Assembly (NCBI GenBank): GCA_021792635.1 | Contig: JAJYUH010000002.1 | Coordinates: forward strand, 234,313-298,312 | Reading direction: 5' to 3' | From: Natronospirales bacterium | GTDB taxonomy: Bacteria; Pseudomonadota; Gammaproteobacteria; Natronospirales; REEB76 | DNA: 64,000 bases | In this document: positions 24,050 to 33,261 of the stretch, piece by piece | Numbering within the stretch: position 1 is the first letter of the stretch | How the letters are laid out: each line of letters starts with the position of its first letter | Program-made: the position numbers and the translations under genes | Notes under the pieces: model-generated | Databases searched by the model: none | Told to the model about the DNA's origin: nothing | The model's input: the letters and a program-made list of their open reading frames with translations, nothing else

Positions 24050-24365
24050 GAAGCTTGAGGCCAGCAGCGGCGATGTATTTGTTGATCTCGGCTTTGCGGA
24101 TGCCGGCGAGAGAAAGCTGCGCGTGCAACTGGCGATGCGTCTCAATAATCTGGTCAAGAAACGTGGCTTGGCGCAGGTGCAAGTAGCGGAAATTTTCGCA
24201 ATTTCCCAGCCGCACGTTTCCGAGCTGGCGAATTTCAAACTAAGCCGTTTTTCATCCGAACGGCTGCTCAAATTCCTGACGCTCCTCGACCGCGATGTGG
24301 AGATCGTCATCCGCCCGAAGGCGAAAGGCCGTCATTCCGGCCTGGTCTCGGTGACGGGGGCGTAA
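24033..24365 (+). CDS. XRE/HTH antitoxin
   Basis: SSGDVFVDLGF...ISQPHVSEL...FSSERL. Confidence 0.88.
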   Translation: MRKKPEKLEASSGDVFVDLGFADAGERKLRVQLAMRLNNLVKKRGLAQVQVAEIFAISQPHVSELANFKLSRFSSERLLKFLTLLDRDVEIVIRPKAKGRHSGLVSVTGA

Positions 24366-24472
24366 GCTTCCACCAACCGATCGCAAGGAAGAGGGGAATC
24401 AGCGGCCGCGCCTGGGGAAACTTTATCTGGCCAAGCCCATTTGGGCGGTGATGGACGCGAGCGAGTGAGGGG

Positions 24473-24690
24473 CCGCCAGCGGGGATGGAACCGGTTTTTC
24501 ATGGGCGTAGTATGTTGATTGCCGCCAGGGACCGGGGGCCAAGAAATTCTGGCCATCAGAACAAAGGGTTGCCGTGTCCCCATCCAATCCCGAAGCCCAA
24601 GCGCGAGAAATCATTGATCGGCTGCTGAAGGTGGCCGGCTGGCATGTCGTTGACCGCGATCAGATCAATATTCACGCGGCGCACGGTGTG
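24473..24690 (+). pseudogene. hsdR leader repeat copy B plus N-terminal remnant of a type I restriction R subunit (from GTG 24574)
   Basis: PEAQAREIIDRLLKVAGWHVVDRDQINIHAAHGV, then similarity ends abruptly. Confidence 0.78.
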
Positions 24691-24836
24691 CGTGTCATCG
24701 CGCCCGATGTCTCGCAAAGTACCACCCAGATCCCAAGGCCAAGAACCACTTTGTTATTGTCGACGCCGTGGGCGTCTGCAAAAAACGCAGGGGCAAAAAA
24801 AGAGATCGCTAGCGCGATATCTGAAAGGATCTGCGC

Positions 24837-25649
24837 ATGAACGGCAACCCCGTGATTCCTGAAATCAAGCTCGCAAACGTCGTTCCTGGCGTCGCGCCTG
24901 TAAATTCTAGCGAAAAGGGCGTCAATGAGACGTTCGTGGGCCTTATTCAAACATCGTCTGATGAGCTCCGCGCTTACATTAAGGTGTTGGATGCCAGGCA
25001 ACTCGTCAATGAGTTAATCTGCTCAACCCTTGGTCGCTCAGTGGGCTTTCCAGTCCCGGAAGGGTTTCTAGTCAGGGCAAGTACGAGCGATCTGCCCGAA
25101 TCTGGCATACTTGCCAAGCTTGGCGGCGAGGCACTGATATTTGCCTCTGCGGACGTTGGTAGGCCCAGCCTGAAGCGCCGTCTGACCGAAGACGGCGCGC
25201 AGTTTTTGGCCAGTCTTTTTACTACGTGGAAGCAGTGGGACGTGGCATCAATATTCGACGAATGGATCGCGAACTCCGACAGGCATCCCGGCAATCTTCT
25301 GATCGAGAATCCAGACAAAGTGTGGTTAATTGATCACAGCCATGCTTTAACCGGTCCCGGCTGGACGGCTGAGGACCTTGTTCCGGGGCGGGCAGTAGGT
25401 AATCAAATTGCCGATAATTGCTTTCCACGCCTGACGCTCCCTGAGCGGATGGCGGTGCGGGCCAAGGCGGTTCAACTGTCGAGCGTGTTTGGACTCGTTC
25501 CGCCCGAATCAGCATTGGCGGCTTGCCACGCCGCTCAATTACTCGGCCCGAGCGATCTTGGAGCGGTTCGAACTTTCGTGGGTGAACGTGTCGGTAAACT
25601 CTTTGATCTAGTCTCGGCGAGACTGGGAATACCCAACATGGGGGTGTGA
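24837..25649 (+). CDS. HipA-like (PI3K/PI4K-fold) kinase
   Basis: AYIK, LVNELI, DEWIANSDRHPGNLLI, LIDH catalytic motifs. Confidence 0.85.
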   Translation: MNGNPVIPEIKLANVVPGVAPVNSSEKGVNETFVGLIQTSSDELRAYIKVLDARQLVNELICSTLGRSVGFPVPEGFLVRASTSDLPESGILAKLGGEALIFASADVGRPSLKRRLTEDGAQFLASLFTTWKQWDVASIFDEWIANSDRHPGNLLIENPDKVWLIDHSHALTGPGWTAEDLVPGRAVGNQIADNCFPRLTLPERMAVRAKAVQLSSVFGLVPPESALAACHAAQLLGPSDLGAVRTFVGERVGKLFDLVSARLGIPNMGV

Positions 25650-25650
25650 C

Positions 25651-26559
25651 ATGGCGCAAATCGCAAAACCAAACAACCAACTCGTATTTCCTCCGCGTAG
25701 AGACAATGTACGCGGTAGATGGGTGCCACTCTATATTGAACCGATGGTTGGTTCGGGCGAACGCATCACTATCGGGGTCGCGGTTGCCAACAGCGGGAAT
25801 TTTCTGGTTGTGGCAGTTCCTGCGCTGGAGAGGCTGAGTTGCATTTACGGAAACGAAAATGAAGCTCTGTTGTTTGCCGCCAGATCAGCGCTCGACAGCA
25901 TGGAAGGAGTGTTGGCAAAGTCTGGCTCTGACGGCTTGAACTCGTGGTCAAGCCCTTTCGATGGCGTCTTCAAGGGTTCTGTTCGTGCGGGTGCGGGAAA
26001 CAGCTTGGAGGAAATAGCTCGATCCGCCCTCTCGCTATGCGCATCACTCGTAGAAAAGCTTGCTGATACCGAAGAGCTGGATGAGCCACGGGCCGCAATC
26101 TCGGAATCGCGACTGGAAAAACTCATCAAGGAGAGAGTGGTCGCTGCGCGCCCCGGGTTGGAGCAAGCCTTTGGCCGTTCTTTTCAGGCGCATTCCAAGG
26201 CGCGCGCAGCGAAAGTAGGCTTTGTCGGCCAGCGCATTGCTGCCAACTTCGGTCTCTTGGCGCCGCCGTATGTTTCCCGTCAAGTCAAAGACGCCAAGGC
26301 CAAGTTGTGGGACCTCGCCCAGGTGCAAGAGTATCTCCATGCAAAGGAATTCAACTTGAGCCCGAACATTAATAGGTTCGAATTGTTGATTCATCGCGTT
26401 CGTGACGATGCCCCCCAATATAGCGAACGGCAGATCCTTCAGGTTCAGGAAGCAGTTTATGAGCTTGAGGCGGAGGCGGACAAGAAAATGATTCGTTGCA
26501 GACCGTTGCGATCACCGGACGAGATCGCCGGAATTATCGTCGAAGCAGAAGCTGCGTAG
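25651..26559 (+). CDS. DUF3037-like protein, probable kinase partner
   Basis: N-terminal PLYIEPMVGSGERITIGV resembles DUF3037; starts 1 nt after the kinase stop. Confidence 0.62.
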   Translation: MAQIAKPNNQLVFPPRRDNVRGRWVPLYIEPMVGSGERITIGVAVANSGNFLVVAVPALERLSCIYGNENEALLFAARSALDSMEGVLAKSGSDGLNSWSSPFDGVFKGSVRAGAGNSLEEIARSALSLCASLVEKLADTEELDEPRAAISESRLEKLIKERVVAARPGLEQAFGRSFQAHSKARAAKVGFVGQRIAANFGLLAPPYVSRQVKDAKAKLWDLAQVQEYLHAKEFNLSPNINRFELLIHRVRDDAPQYSERQILQVQEAVYELEAEADKKMIRCRPLRSPDEIAGIIVEAEAA

Positions 26560-26580
26560 CCTAAAGAGAGACGCGTCGCA

Positions 26581-27510
26581 ATGCCATCCAAGAAAACTAT
26601 AGACTTTTTGCTCCAAAGATTTGGCGGGGCGACACCGGAAATGCTTGATAGAGTGCTCTCGCCATATCGTTTGCGGGTCATCTCGATACAGAAGCAACAC
26701 GGACTACGTGGAAAGACAATGGTGACTTTTCGAGCCAAAGTGCCAAAAGACGCGTGGACAACTTTTGAAGAAGGAACGACGGGTAAGGTTGTGCCAAAAG
26801 ACTACGTTGAGGCCGATGGCTCATGGCGTGAGATCATCAAAGGACGTATTCGTAAGTCTTTTGCTGATCACGTGGAGGGCGAATTGTATTTCAACGCGGC
26901 TCGCTATGCGAAAGCGCTCAGCGAGGTCAGGGAAGGAGATTACCTGGAAATTGACCCGTTTGGAGTGACGTCAAAGATTGAATCAGCGCTTACGGAGGCG
27001 GCATTTTTTCTTCAAGCGCAGCAATGTGGCTTTAACGTTACGCGGATGCCAGAGAATGTTGCTAAGCATATCGGTACTCAAAATTACTATGACTTCAAAC
27101 TCGAAAAGGATGGCAAGACATATCGAGTAGAACTCAAGTCGCTATGGGGAACAGATACAACAAAGGCGCGCCTTATTCATACGGTGTCTCGTGACGGCGG
27201 TGGGAAAAATAGCATACGGAAAGATAGACAGGTCTGGAGTACGAGTTCTTGCCGCTTTAAAGATCAGGATATCTTTGCCGTGGCAATGTGGCTACGGACA
27301 GGCAAGATTACTGAGTTTGCCTTTGCGTTGTCCGCTTCAAACCACGAATCTCCAAATTGGGGTTTGCCCAGGGTTCCAAAACATCCAGCCCATGTGACAC
27401 AAAATCCGCCTATCCCTGATCCACCAAGTGGTCCTTGGACGACCGATCTATTGGAGGTATGCCAACGTGTCAATAAATGGAATAAGCGTAGACGCAAATC
27501 GAAGGCTTAA
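26581..27510 (+). CDS. Putative PD-(D/E)XK restriction-like endonuclease
   Basis: YDF(x10)VELKS motif; convergent with the methyltransferase. Confidence 0.6.
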   Translation: MPSKKTIDFLLQRFGGATPEMLDRVLSPYRLRVISIQKQHGLRGKTMVTFRAKVPKDAWTTFEEGTTGKVVPKDYVEADGSWREIIKGRIRKSFADHVEGELYFNAARYAKALSEVREGDYLEIDPFGVTSKIESALTEAAFFLQAQQCGFNVTRMPENVAKHIGTQNYYDFKLEKDGKTYRVELKSLWGTDTTKARLIHTVSRDGGGKNSIRKDRQVWSTSSCRFKDQDIFAVAMWLRTGKITEFAFALSASNHESPNWGLPRVPKHPAHVTQNPPIPDPPSGPWTTDLLEVCQRVNKWNKRRRKSKA

Positions 27511-29549
27511 GTTCTTTTTCGGTGTTTGGCAGATTTCTTTCGTTTAGTACGGTACTGTGCGCGCTCTTCCTTGACTCCACTCGTGGTAACTAGGTCATCT
27601 TGTGACGATGTGTTACCCACATGTTCGTTCATTAGGCTTATTGCGCTATCGATCTGCTGATAGGCCTGTTCCATCATTTTTAGTGCGGAGCTAATTAGAT
27701 CGGAGATCTTGTCCTCAACGTGCTTCGGAGGTGTCGGAAACGGCATCGAGAGCACGTCCTTATCGCTAACGGTTGGGTACATAGACGCGGTGGCGTGGCG
27801 CGACAAAAGTCTTTTGAACGCATCTGTCTTGCAGTATGTGAAGAGCACTTCAGGCCGTACGGACTGTGCTCGAAGTACACAAAAGCCATTCGATGCTACT
27901 CTGGGTGCGCTCGCATCGCCTGTGACGATTGCGACAACATTGCGTTCTGGCCGTACGGTGCTGACTAGCACATCGCCAGACTCTACAAGGTAAGACGCCC
28001 GACTTGGCGCATCATTAGCCGGCATTGTTTCCGGGAAGGCCAGTCCGCTCTTATTATCTACAGACGAAATGTCGAGATAAACAATTTCGCTATATTGCTG
28101 TCTCCGAAAACGCTCGACGCGAGGTGAAACTAGATTAGCAATCCGGCTCTCTCCACCCGTATTTAGAGCGCGCATCAATTTTCTTGCACTAGGTTCGTAA
28201 TGCTCTGCATCAAGCCGATCCGCACGAACTACTTCATCAAGCGGCACTTCAGAGCTCACGGTGTCAGGAACCGGTTCACGATGCGCATCAGCCCACGCGA
28301 ACCCTTGGGAGGTCAGGAATCTACTGAATGTTCCAGCGATAGCTTCATAGTCTGATTGCCCAGTAATTCTCCCGCGGTTATCTCTGCCAGGATTGCGGCT
28401 TACAGCAAAAAATATTTTGTAACTAGTTGGTAGTGCTTCGTCATCTCTCGGTCTTGTTAGAAAAAGCACAGATGTCTTGACTGCTGTATACGGTAGAAAC
28501 GTAAAGTGGTGTAATCCAATTACGCCAAACACACGGTAGTTACGGAATAGCCAATCGCGTAGATATGAGGCTGAAGGATTTGCGAGCAAACCTTGTGGAA
28601 GAACGATTGCAAGCCTACCACCCGGTCTCAGTAGACGTACTGCGCGTTGGAGGAAAAGATGTTCCCGGCTCGTAACGCGCCGTGCGGCGTTGTCTCCATG
28701 AGCTTCGTATGCATCAAGTATATCTGCCTCATCTATATCACCCGCGAATGGAGGATTGGTGAACAACAATGAGCATCCAAGCCTATTCCATGGTCCCCAA
28801 GAGCGAGCTCGTGGCGTATTTAAACCAGCATCCTTGCTGAGAAATGGCTTCCATTCGGATGGCATTTCTGATGAGTATTCGCGACCGTCAAGGCTATTTG
28901 CTCTTGAGATGGAAATCTTTGCGCGAGGCGTTGCTGCGGCTAGCAACGCAGCGACCTTGACAGCCTTTGCAGAATAATCAATGCCTAGGCAGACAGGCGC
29001 TTTATCGCCGTGTGATGCTGCATGGCGAGATGCTTCAAAGAGAAAGCCACTGGACCCACACGCAGGATCAATGATGTGATCTTTCGACGACGGATTCAGG
29101 ATGTTTACGCAGAGGCGAATTACGTCACGTGGAGTGAAATATTGGCCAAGTTCACCTTTTGATCCCCTGGACACAAGCCGCTCAAGTGTGGCGTCTAGGT
29201 ATGAAAGGTCAGAATCGAGCAATCTCCATCCAACTAACGGCCGCATCGCACGAACAAGATGCGGAGGTGAAATGCCGAGTTCAGCGTCGTTTCCGTTTAT
29301 GCGGGGCCATCGTTGGATAGCCTTTCGATATAGTGACTCAACTACTTTCAGGGTTTGAGTTGGAGATGGGTGTATCTTGAACTTTGATTGTTGAGTGGAC
29401 GTAGTTTCGGCTTCGTCGACGAGCTTGGCGGAAAGCAGTTTAATTGCCGATTCAAATGGGTCTTCGCCGGAGTTTGATACAAGAAGCTGTTCGAATTCTG
29501 CTATGGCCGACTTAGGATCTGTGTTGGTTAAGGGAAGTGGCGATTGCAT
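27507..29549 (-). CDS. N6-adenine DNA methyltransferase fused to one HsdS-like target recognition domain
   Basis: GQYFTPR, DPACGSSGFL, NPPF; C-terminal APSRASYLVESGDVLVSTVRP...SNGFCVLR; GGGGAG before ATG 29549. Confidence 0.88.
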   Translation of the reverse strand: MQSPLPLTNTDPKSAIAEFEQLLVSNSGEDPFESAIKLLSAKLVDEAETTSTQQSKFKIHPSPTQTLKVVESLYRKAIQRWPRINGNDAELGISPPHLVRAMRPLVGWRLLDSDLSYLDATLERLVSRGSKGELGQYFTPRDVIRLCVNILNPSSKDHIIDPACGSSGFLFEASRHAASHGDKAPVCLGIDYSAKAVKVAALLAAATPRAKISISRANSLDGREYSSEMPSEWKPFLSKDAGLNTPRARSWGPWNRLGCSLLFTNPPFAGDIDEADILDAYEAHGDNAARRVTSREHLFLQRAVRLLRPGGRLAIVLPQGLLANPSASYLRDWLFRNYRVFGVIGLHHFTFLPYTAVKTSVLFLTRPRDDEALPTSYKIFFAVSRNPGRDNRGRITGQSDYEAIAGTFSRFLTSQGFAWADAHREPVPDTVSSEVPLDEVVRADRLDAEHYEPSARKLMRALNTGGESRIANLVSPRVERFRRQQYSEIVYLDISSVDNKSGLAFPETMPANDAPSRASYLVESGDVLVSTVRPERNVVAIVTGDASAPRVASNGFCVLRAQSVRPEVLFTYCKTDAFKRLLSRHATASMYPTVSDKDVLSMPFPTPPKHVEDKISDLISSALKMMEQAYQQIDSAISLMNEHVGNTSSQDDLVTTSGVKEERAQYRTKRKKSAKHRKRT

Positions 29550-29630
29550 GGGCTCCCCTGCGAGTTTTATTGGTTGGCATCGAACATACACAAGTGTGTC
29601 ATAACACAGGAGTGTAAGCAACTCCTTGGC

Positions 29631-29702
29631 ATGCCTAAACTGTGGCGGCTGGTGGTCGATCTCATCGACAAGGAAGAATGGGTGTCGATGAGCGCCGAAG
29701 TA
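29631..29702 (+). pseudogene. Internal remnant of a type I methyltransferase (HsdM)
   Basis: PKLWRLVVDLIDKEEWVSMSAEV resembles the HsdM segment preceding KGDAYEGLL. Confidence 0.6.
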
Positions 29703-30035
29703 CGAGCGTTAAGGGTGCGTTAAGGGGTCACCCATAAGTCGTCCGTGGTCAAGGGGGCGATAAAAAACCAAGTGCAGCCACCCTAAAAATGTTACTGGGT
29801 CGGTGAGCGTGTCATGCGTCCGATTTTATGTCTTGAGCTACTTCGAAAGGAAGTGCTTCAGTCACCCACCCGGATCAAGGTCATTCGCGTCGCCGTGTGG
29901 CGGGTGGGCAATGACCCCTAGCCGCGTTGCGGCCCCATTAAATAATCGGTACCCCAGTTTTTCAGCGCCCGCCTATCGGGTTGCTGCCGATCCATGCGGT
30001 ATTGCGATGCCTTACATTGTAGGTATACTGTAGAT

Positions 30036-30329
30036 ATGAGCGACCAGCGCTTCGAATGGGATGAAGGCAAGAGCGTATCAACCTGAAGAAACATGGCGTC
30101 ATCGTTCGATGAAGCCAGAACGGCGTTTCTCGATGAAAATGCCCGGGTGATGCCTGATCCGGACCACACCGCGGACGAAGATCGGTTCATTTTGTTGGGT
30201 TTGAGTATTCGTTTGCGTGTGGTGGTGGTTTGCCACTGTTACCGAGAGAACCAAGATGTGATCCGGATCATATCGGCGCGCAAGGCGACAGCGGCTGAAC
30301 GTAATGAATATATGAGGTGGATGGCATGA
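30036..30329 (+). pseudogene. BrnT-family toxin with premature stop
   Basis: MSDQRFEWDEGKS then TGA 30084 between -1 and +1 indels; rest SFDEARTAF...IRIISARKAT. Confidence 0.82.
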
Positions 30330-30535
30330 GAAAACAGTATGACTTTTCCAAATCAGTGAAGAACCCATATCTGCGCAAGCCCAAAAAGCAGGTCACAATC
30401 CGGCTCGATGAGGAAACCATTGCCTACTTCAAAGCCTTGTCGAAGCAGAACGGCATACCGTACCAGAATCTGATCAATCTCTATCTGCGTGAGTGTGCCC
30501 AAGCAGGCAAGAAAGTGGCGATTAATTGGGCTTGA
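30326..30535 (+). CDS. BrnA-like antitoxin
   Basis: MRKQYDFS...KQVTIRLDEETIAYFK...PYQNLINLYLR. Confidence 0.88.
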   Translation: MRKQYDFSKSVKNPYLRKPKKQVTIRLDEETIAYFKALSKQNGIPYQNLINLYLRECAQAGKKVAINWA

Positions 30536-30608
30536 CCGTGATTCGAGTCCTGATAAGCGAACAGGTCCGGTACCCTTATTTATCCTAGCGAGTACAATCG
30601 GGACGTAT

Positions 30609-30669
30609 GGAAGGCAGGGTCTGACTCGACATCTTAAATCTGTACATCAATCGTCCGGTATCGCTTCAC
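30609..30669 (+). repeat. Degenerate R-family repeat head
   Basis: GGAAG..GGGTCTGACTCGACA and CGGTATCGCTTCAC match the copy at 34447. Confidence 0.55.
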
Positions 30670-30742
30670 TGGAATCTCCAACAAACGCATCAAGAATCAA
30701 AACCGTGACCGCAGGGCTCTGCAAGGAGCAGGGGGTTACAAA

Positions 30743-31672
30743 ATGGGTATTTGGAATGGCTGGGATATTTTTGTCGCAACCCTGAAAACCTTCAGCAAAT
30801 ATCCGGCCTTCAATGTGCCATTGCTGATTTGCTGGCTGGTATATGCCCCCACGGCGATTTATCTGAAATACTTTCTGCCCTATGGGGCTTTAAGTGGCTG
30901 GCAAATTGCCGGCATCATCGTCCTGGTTTTTGTCGGCTTCTCTCTGATCATCTCGCTGACATGCCTGCTCTTGCTGGAGTTCATCGAGCAGATTGAAACA
31001 ACGGGCCGGGTGCGGGTGGCGAGTGCCATCGGCCGCGTCATCTGGAACGATTTCCTGCCATCGGTGCCCGTTGCTGACATTTGGGCGGCCATCTGGCTGG
31101 GGCTGACGCTGATCGAAGTGGCGATCAGTAGCGTGACCCGAAACAGCGGCCGGAGACAGTCATTCTCAATGGAGGGCGCTGCCAAAACTCTGTCGGGCTA
31201 TCAGTTGGTTTCCCTGAGTGCCGCGTTCTTCGAGGCCCTGAATCGCGGCGTGCGCATGCTGGCATTCCTGATTTTCCCGGCCATCGCCTGGGAGCATGAC
31301 AACACCATCAAGGCCCTAAAGCGCGGCCTAAGCATCGCCGAAGCCCACAAAGGTGAACTGGGTGCCGGTGTCCTGTTGATCACGGCTGCCGCCGGACTTG
31401 TGTTCTTGCCACCCTTCATTCTGTTTTATGTCACGGACAAAACCCATACCACGCTTCCGGACAGCGTGTGGCTGGGCGTGATCATCTACTGCGGGTTTGC
31501 CTGGAGTTTCACCATACTGATGGAGCAACTATTTACAGCCACGCTGTATCGCTGGCACCTGGATTGGGAGCAGCGCTGCCGCGATGCCAGCCGCCATGGT
31601 CTGCTGGAACCCAGGCTGAACGAGGTGCCGTGCCCGGCCATCATGGATCATGCCGCCGAGTTTTTTCATTGA
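30743..31672 (+). CDS. Hypothetical polytopic membrane protein
   Basis: About six hydrophobic segments; purine-rich RBS-like sequence upstream. Confidence 0.78.
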   Translation: MGIWNGWDIFVATLKTFSKYPAFNVPLLICWLVYAPTAIYLKYFLPYGALSGWQIAGIIVLVFVGFSLIISLTCLLLLEFIEQIETTGRVRVASAIGRVIWNDFLPSVPVADIWAAIWLGLTLIEVAISSVTRNSGRRQSFSMEGAAKTLSGYQLVSLSAAFFEALNRGVRMLAFLIFPAIAWEHDNTIKALKRGLSIAEAHKGELGAGVLLITAAAGLVFLPPFILFYVTDKTHTTLPDSVWLGVIIYCGFAWSFTILMEQLFTATLYRWHLDWEQRCRDASRHGLLEPRLNEVPCPAIMDHAAEFFH

Positions 31673-31782
31673 ACGGTGCGGGATTTGACGGCGAAGTCCC
31701 GGTCGGATAATTACACATGATGAAAATTTCACTTGTAACTCGGGCTATTGCCTATACCAATAAGGGAACTATCATTCCTAAA

Positions 31783-31944
31783 ATGGGAACGAAGAAAAAA
31801 ACGGGTCTGGCAGCGGCGCTGTTTACCAAGACCCAGCGCCGGGTGCTCGGGTTGCTGTTCGGCAATCCGAACCGCAGCTACTATGCCAATGAAATCGTGC
31901 GCTTCGCCGGTGCCGGTATCGGGGCGGTGCAACGAAGCGTTTAA
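31783..31944 (+). pseudogene. N-terminal remnant of an HTH-nucleotidyltransferase (MNT-type) antitoxin
   Basis: LAAALFTKTQRRVLGLLFGNPNRSYYANEIVRFAGAGIGAVQR, cut at the S repeat. Confidence 0.78.
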
Positions 31945-32027
31945 GGGTCAGAGCCATTAAACGCATGGCAGTCGCACCGGAGTGATGCGACATAAGCACT
32001 GGATTCCGGCTCGACGGCCGGAATGAC
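31937..32027 (+). repeat. S-family repeat copy 1 (two hairpins)
   Basis: GCGTTTAA-12-TTAAACGC and ATTCCGGCTCGACGGCCGGAAT; colinear with 33456-33544. Confidence 0.85.
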
Positions 32028-32361
32028 GGAGCAGGGAAGCGCTCTGGGATCCTGAAATATCAGTATCCGCACTGATCACGGCTGACACCGTGGAAATCTC
32101 AAATACGAAACTCAAGTCGTCCATAAGCCATCGCTGCTCCCGGCATCTGACCGCCAGAGACGGTGGAAATGCAGATTGTGCAGGAGCAAAATCTGCCATG
32201 CCTCCCGCAGCATTTGTACTTCCCTGTACATCATCGCTGGGGTGAAATACACCGAGAAGTCCCACGTCTGGGATTTTCAAGGGTCGAGTTGCGCCGGGAT
32301 GTTCGAGAAACAGGAGCTGGTATAGTATTGCCACTGTGATTTGTACCTCGGGAGATGCCCC

Positions 32362-32568
32362 ATGGAATTCAAGATAGAACATGAGCAGGAAGCGGACGGA
32401 CGCTGGCTGGCTGAAGTACCGGAACTCCCAGGCGTGCTGGCGTACGGGAGCAGTCCCGATGAGGCCATGTCCAAAGCGGAAATTCTCGCGTTGCGAGTCT
32501 TGGCGGACCGGCTGGAACACGGCGAGAACGGCCCGCAATCGATACGGATTTCCGTCGCCGCGGCATGA
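32362..32568 (+). CDS. HicB-family antitoxin (short)
   Basis: EQEADGRWLAEVPELPGVLAYG. Confidence 0.88.
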   Translation: MEFKIEHEQEADGRWLAEVPELPGVLAYGSSPDEAMSKAEILALRVLADRLEHGENGPQSIRISVAAA

Positions 32569-32777
32569 GCCAGTGGCCGGCGATCAAGGCCAAGCGCCTA
32601 TTGGCTGCCTTGTTGCGTCTCGGGTGGCGAGTAAAACGGGAAACCGGATCTCACAAGGTGCTGACGCGGCCAGGCTGGCCGGACTTCGTGTTTGCCTTTC
32701 ACAACAGCGAAGAGATCGGCCCGCGCATGTTGGCGCGCATTGCCCGACATACGGGCCTTACACCAGATGACATTTAG
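32565..32777 (+). CDS. HicA-family toxin
   Basis: GWRVKRETGSHKVL; ATGA overlap with hicB. Confidence 0.88.
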   Translation: MSQWPAIKAKRLLAALLRLGWRVKRETGSHKVLTRPGWPDFVFAFHNSEEIGPRMLARIARHTGLTPDDI

Positions 32778-32789
32778 ATTCCGTAGAGC

Positions 32790-32865
32790 AAGGATCAAAC
32801 TCTACACATCACGGAATCGCTTCACAAACCATCTGCCGGCATCGGAGGTGCTTGTCCGGGGAATC
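32790..32865 (+). repeat. R-family repeat (partial) with start of the HsdM tail
   Basis: CACATCACGGAATCGCTTCACAAACCATCTGCCGGCA closely matches 34447 and 35053 copies. Confidence 0.75.
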
Positions 32866-32908
32866 TGCGCGCATTACGCGGCTACGCCCCGTACACCTGA
32901 ATAGTGGA

Positions 32909-33150
32909 CGATAGCGTCGCATCGCTCGTGATGGCCGGTACGGTCCCGGCGTCCCGGCCACTCGCTCCAGCGACGGCCCATTCCTTTGCTGCGGCACGCC
33001 CGGCGTTCGGAAACCGTTACTTCGCACGGTTTCCTCCACCCTGGCTTTACGCCCCGGCGCGGCCTTCGCACCACGCGGACGCTGTGCTACGGCCGCTGGG
33101 GCTACCGCAGGCTCTTCGCCTCGGCGCTTCGCGCCTTCCCTGGCTCATCG
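32909..33150. mobile_element. 242-bp non-autonomous hairpin-rich element, copy 1
   Basis: Identical to 57607-57848; ends CGATAGC...GCTCATCG; flanked by A and T. Confidence 0.9.
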
Positions 33151-33151
33151 T

Positions 33152-33261
33152 TGGACGGACAGGACTATTTCGCTACGGTACAGGCGGGGCTGGACAAGAA
33201 CTATGCCCCAATGGAGCAGCTATTCGCTGAGATTATCGAGCGGAGCCTTGCGTCGTCGTGA
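33152..33261 (+). pseudogene. C-terminal remnant of a Fic-family protein
   Basis: QDYFATVQAGLDKNYAPMEQLFAEIIERSL resembles Fic C-termini. Confidence 0.55.

Noticed and set aside
32929-32985. TGATGGCCGGTACGGTCCCGGCGTCC resembles the 5' end of the HDV genomic ribozyme as I recall it
   Set aside because: The P1 3' strand is not placed after P3, and no P2 partner (CGGGAC) or J4/2 follows; a simple hairpin explains the sequence
32905-33157. TGG (or TGGACG) on both sides of copy 1 as a target-site duplication
   Set aside because: Copy 2 has no equivalent duplication, and rmuC is best restored by removal without duplication
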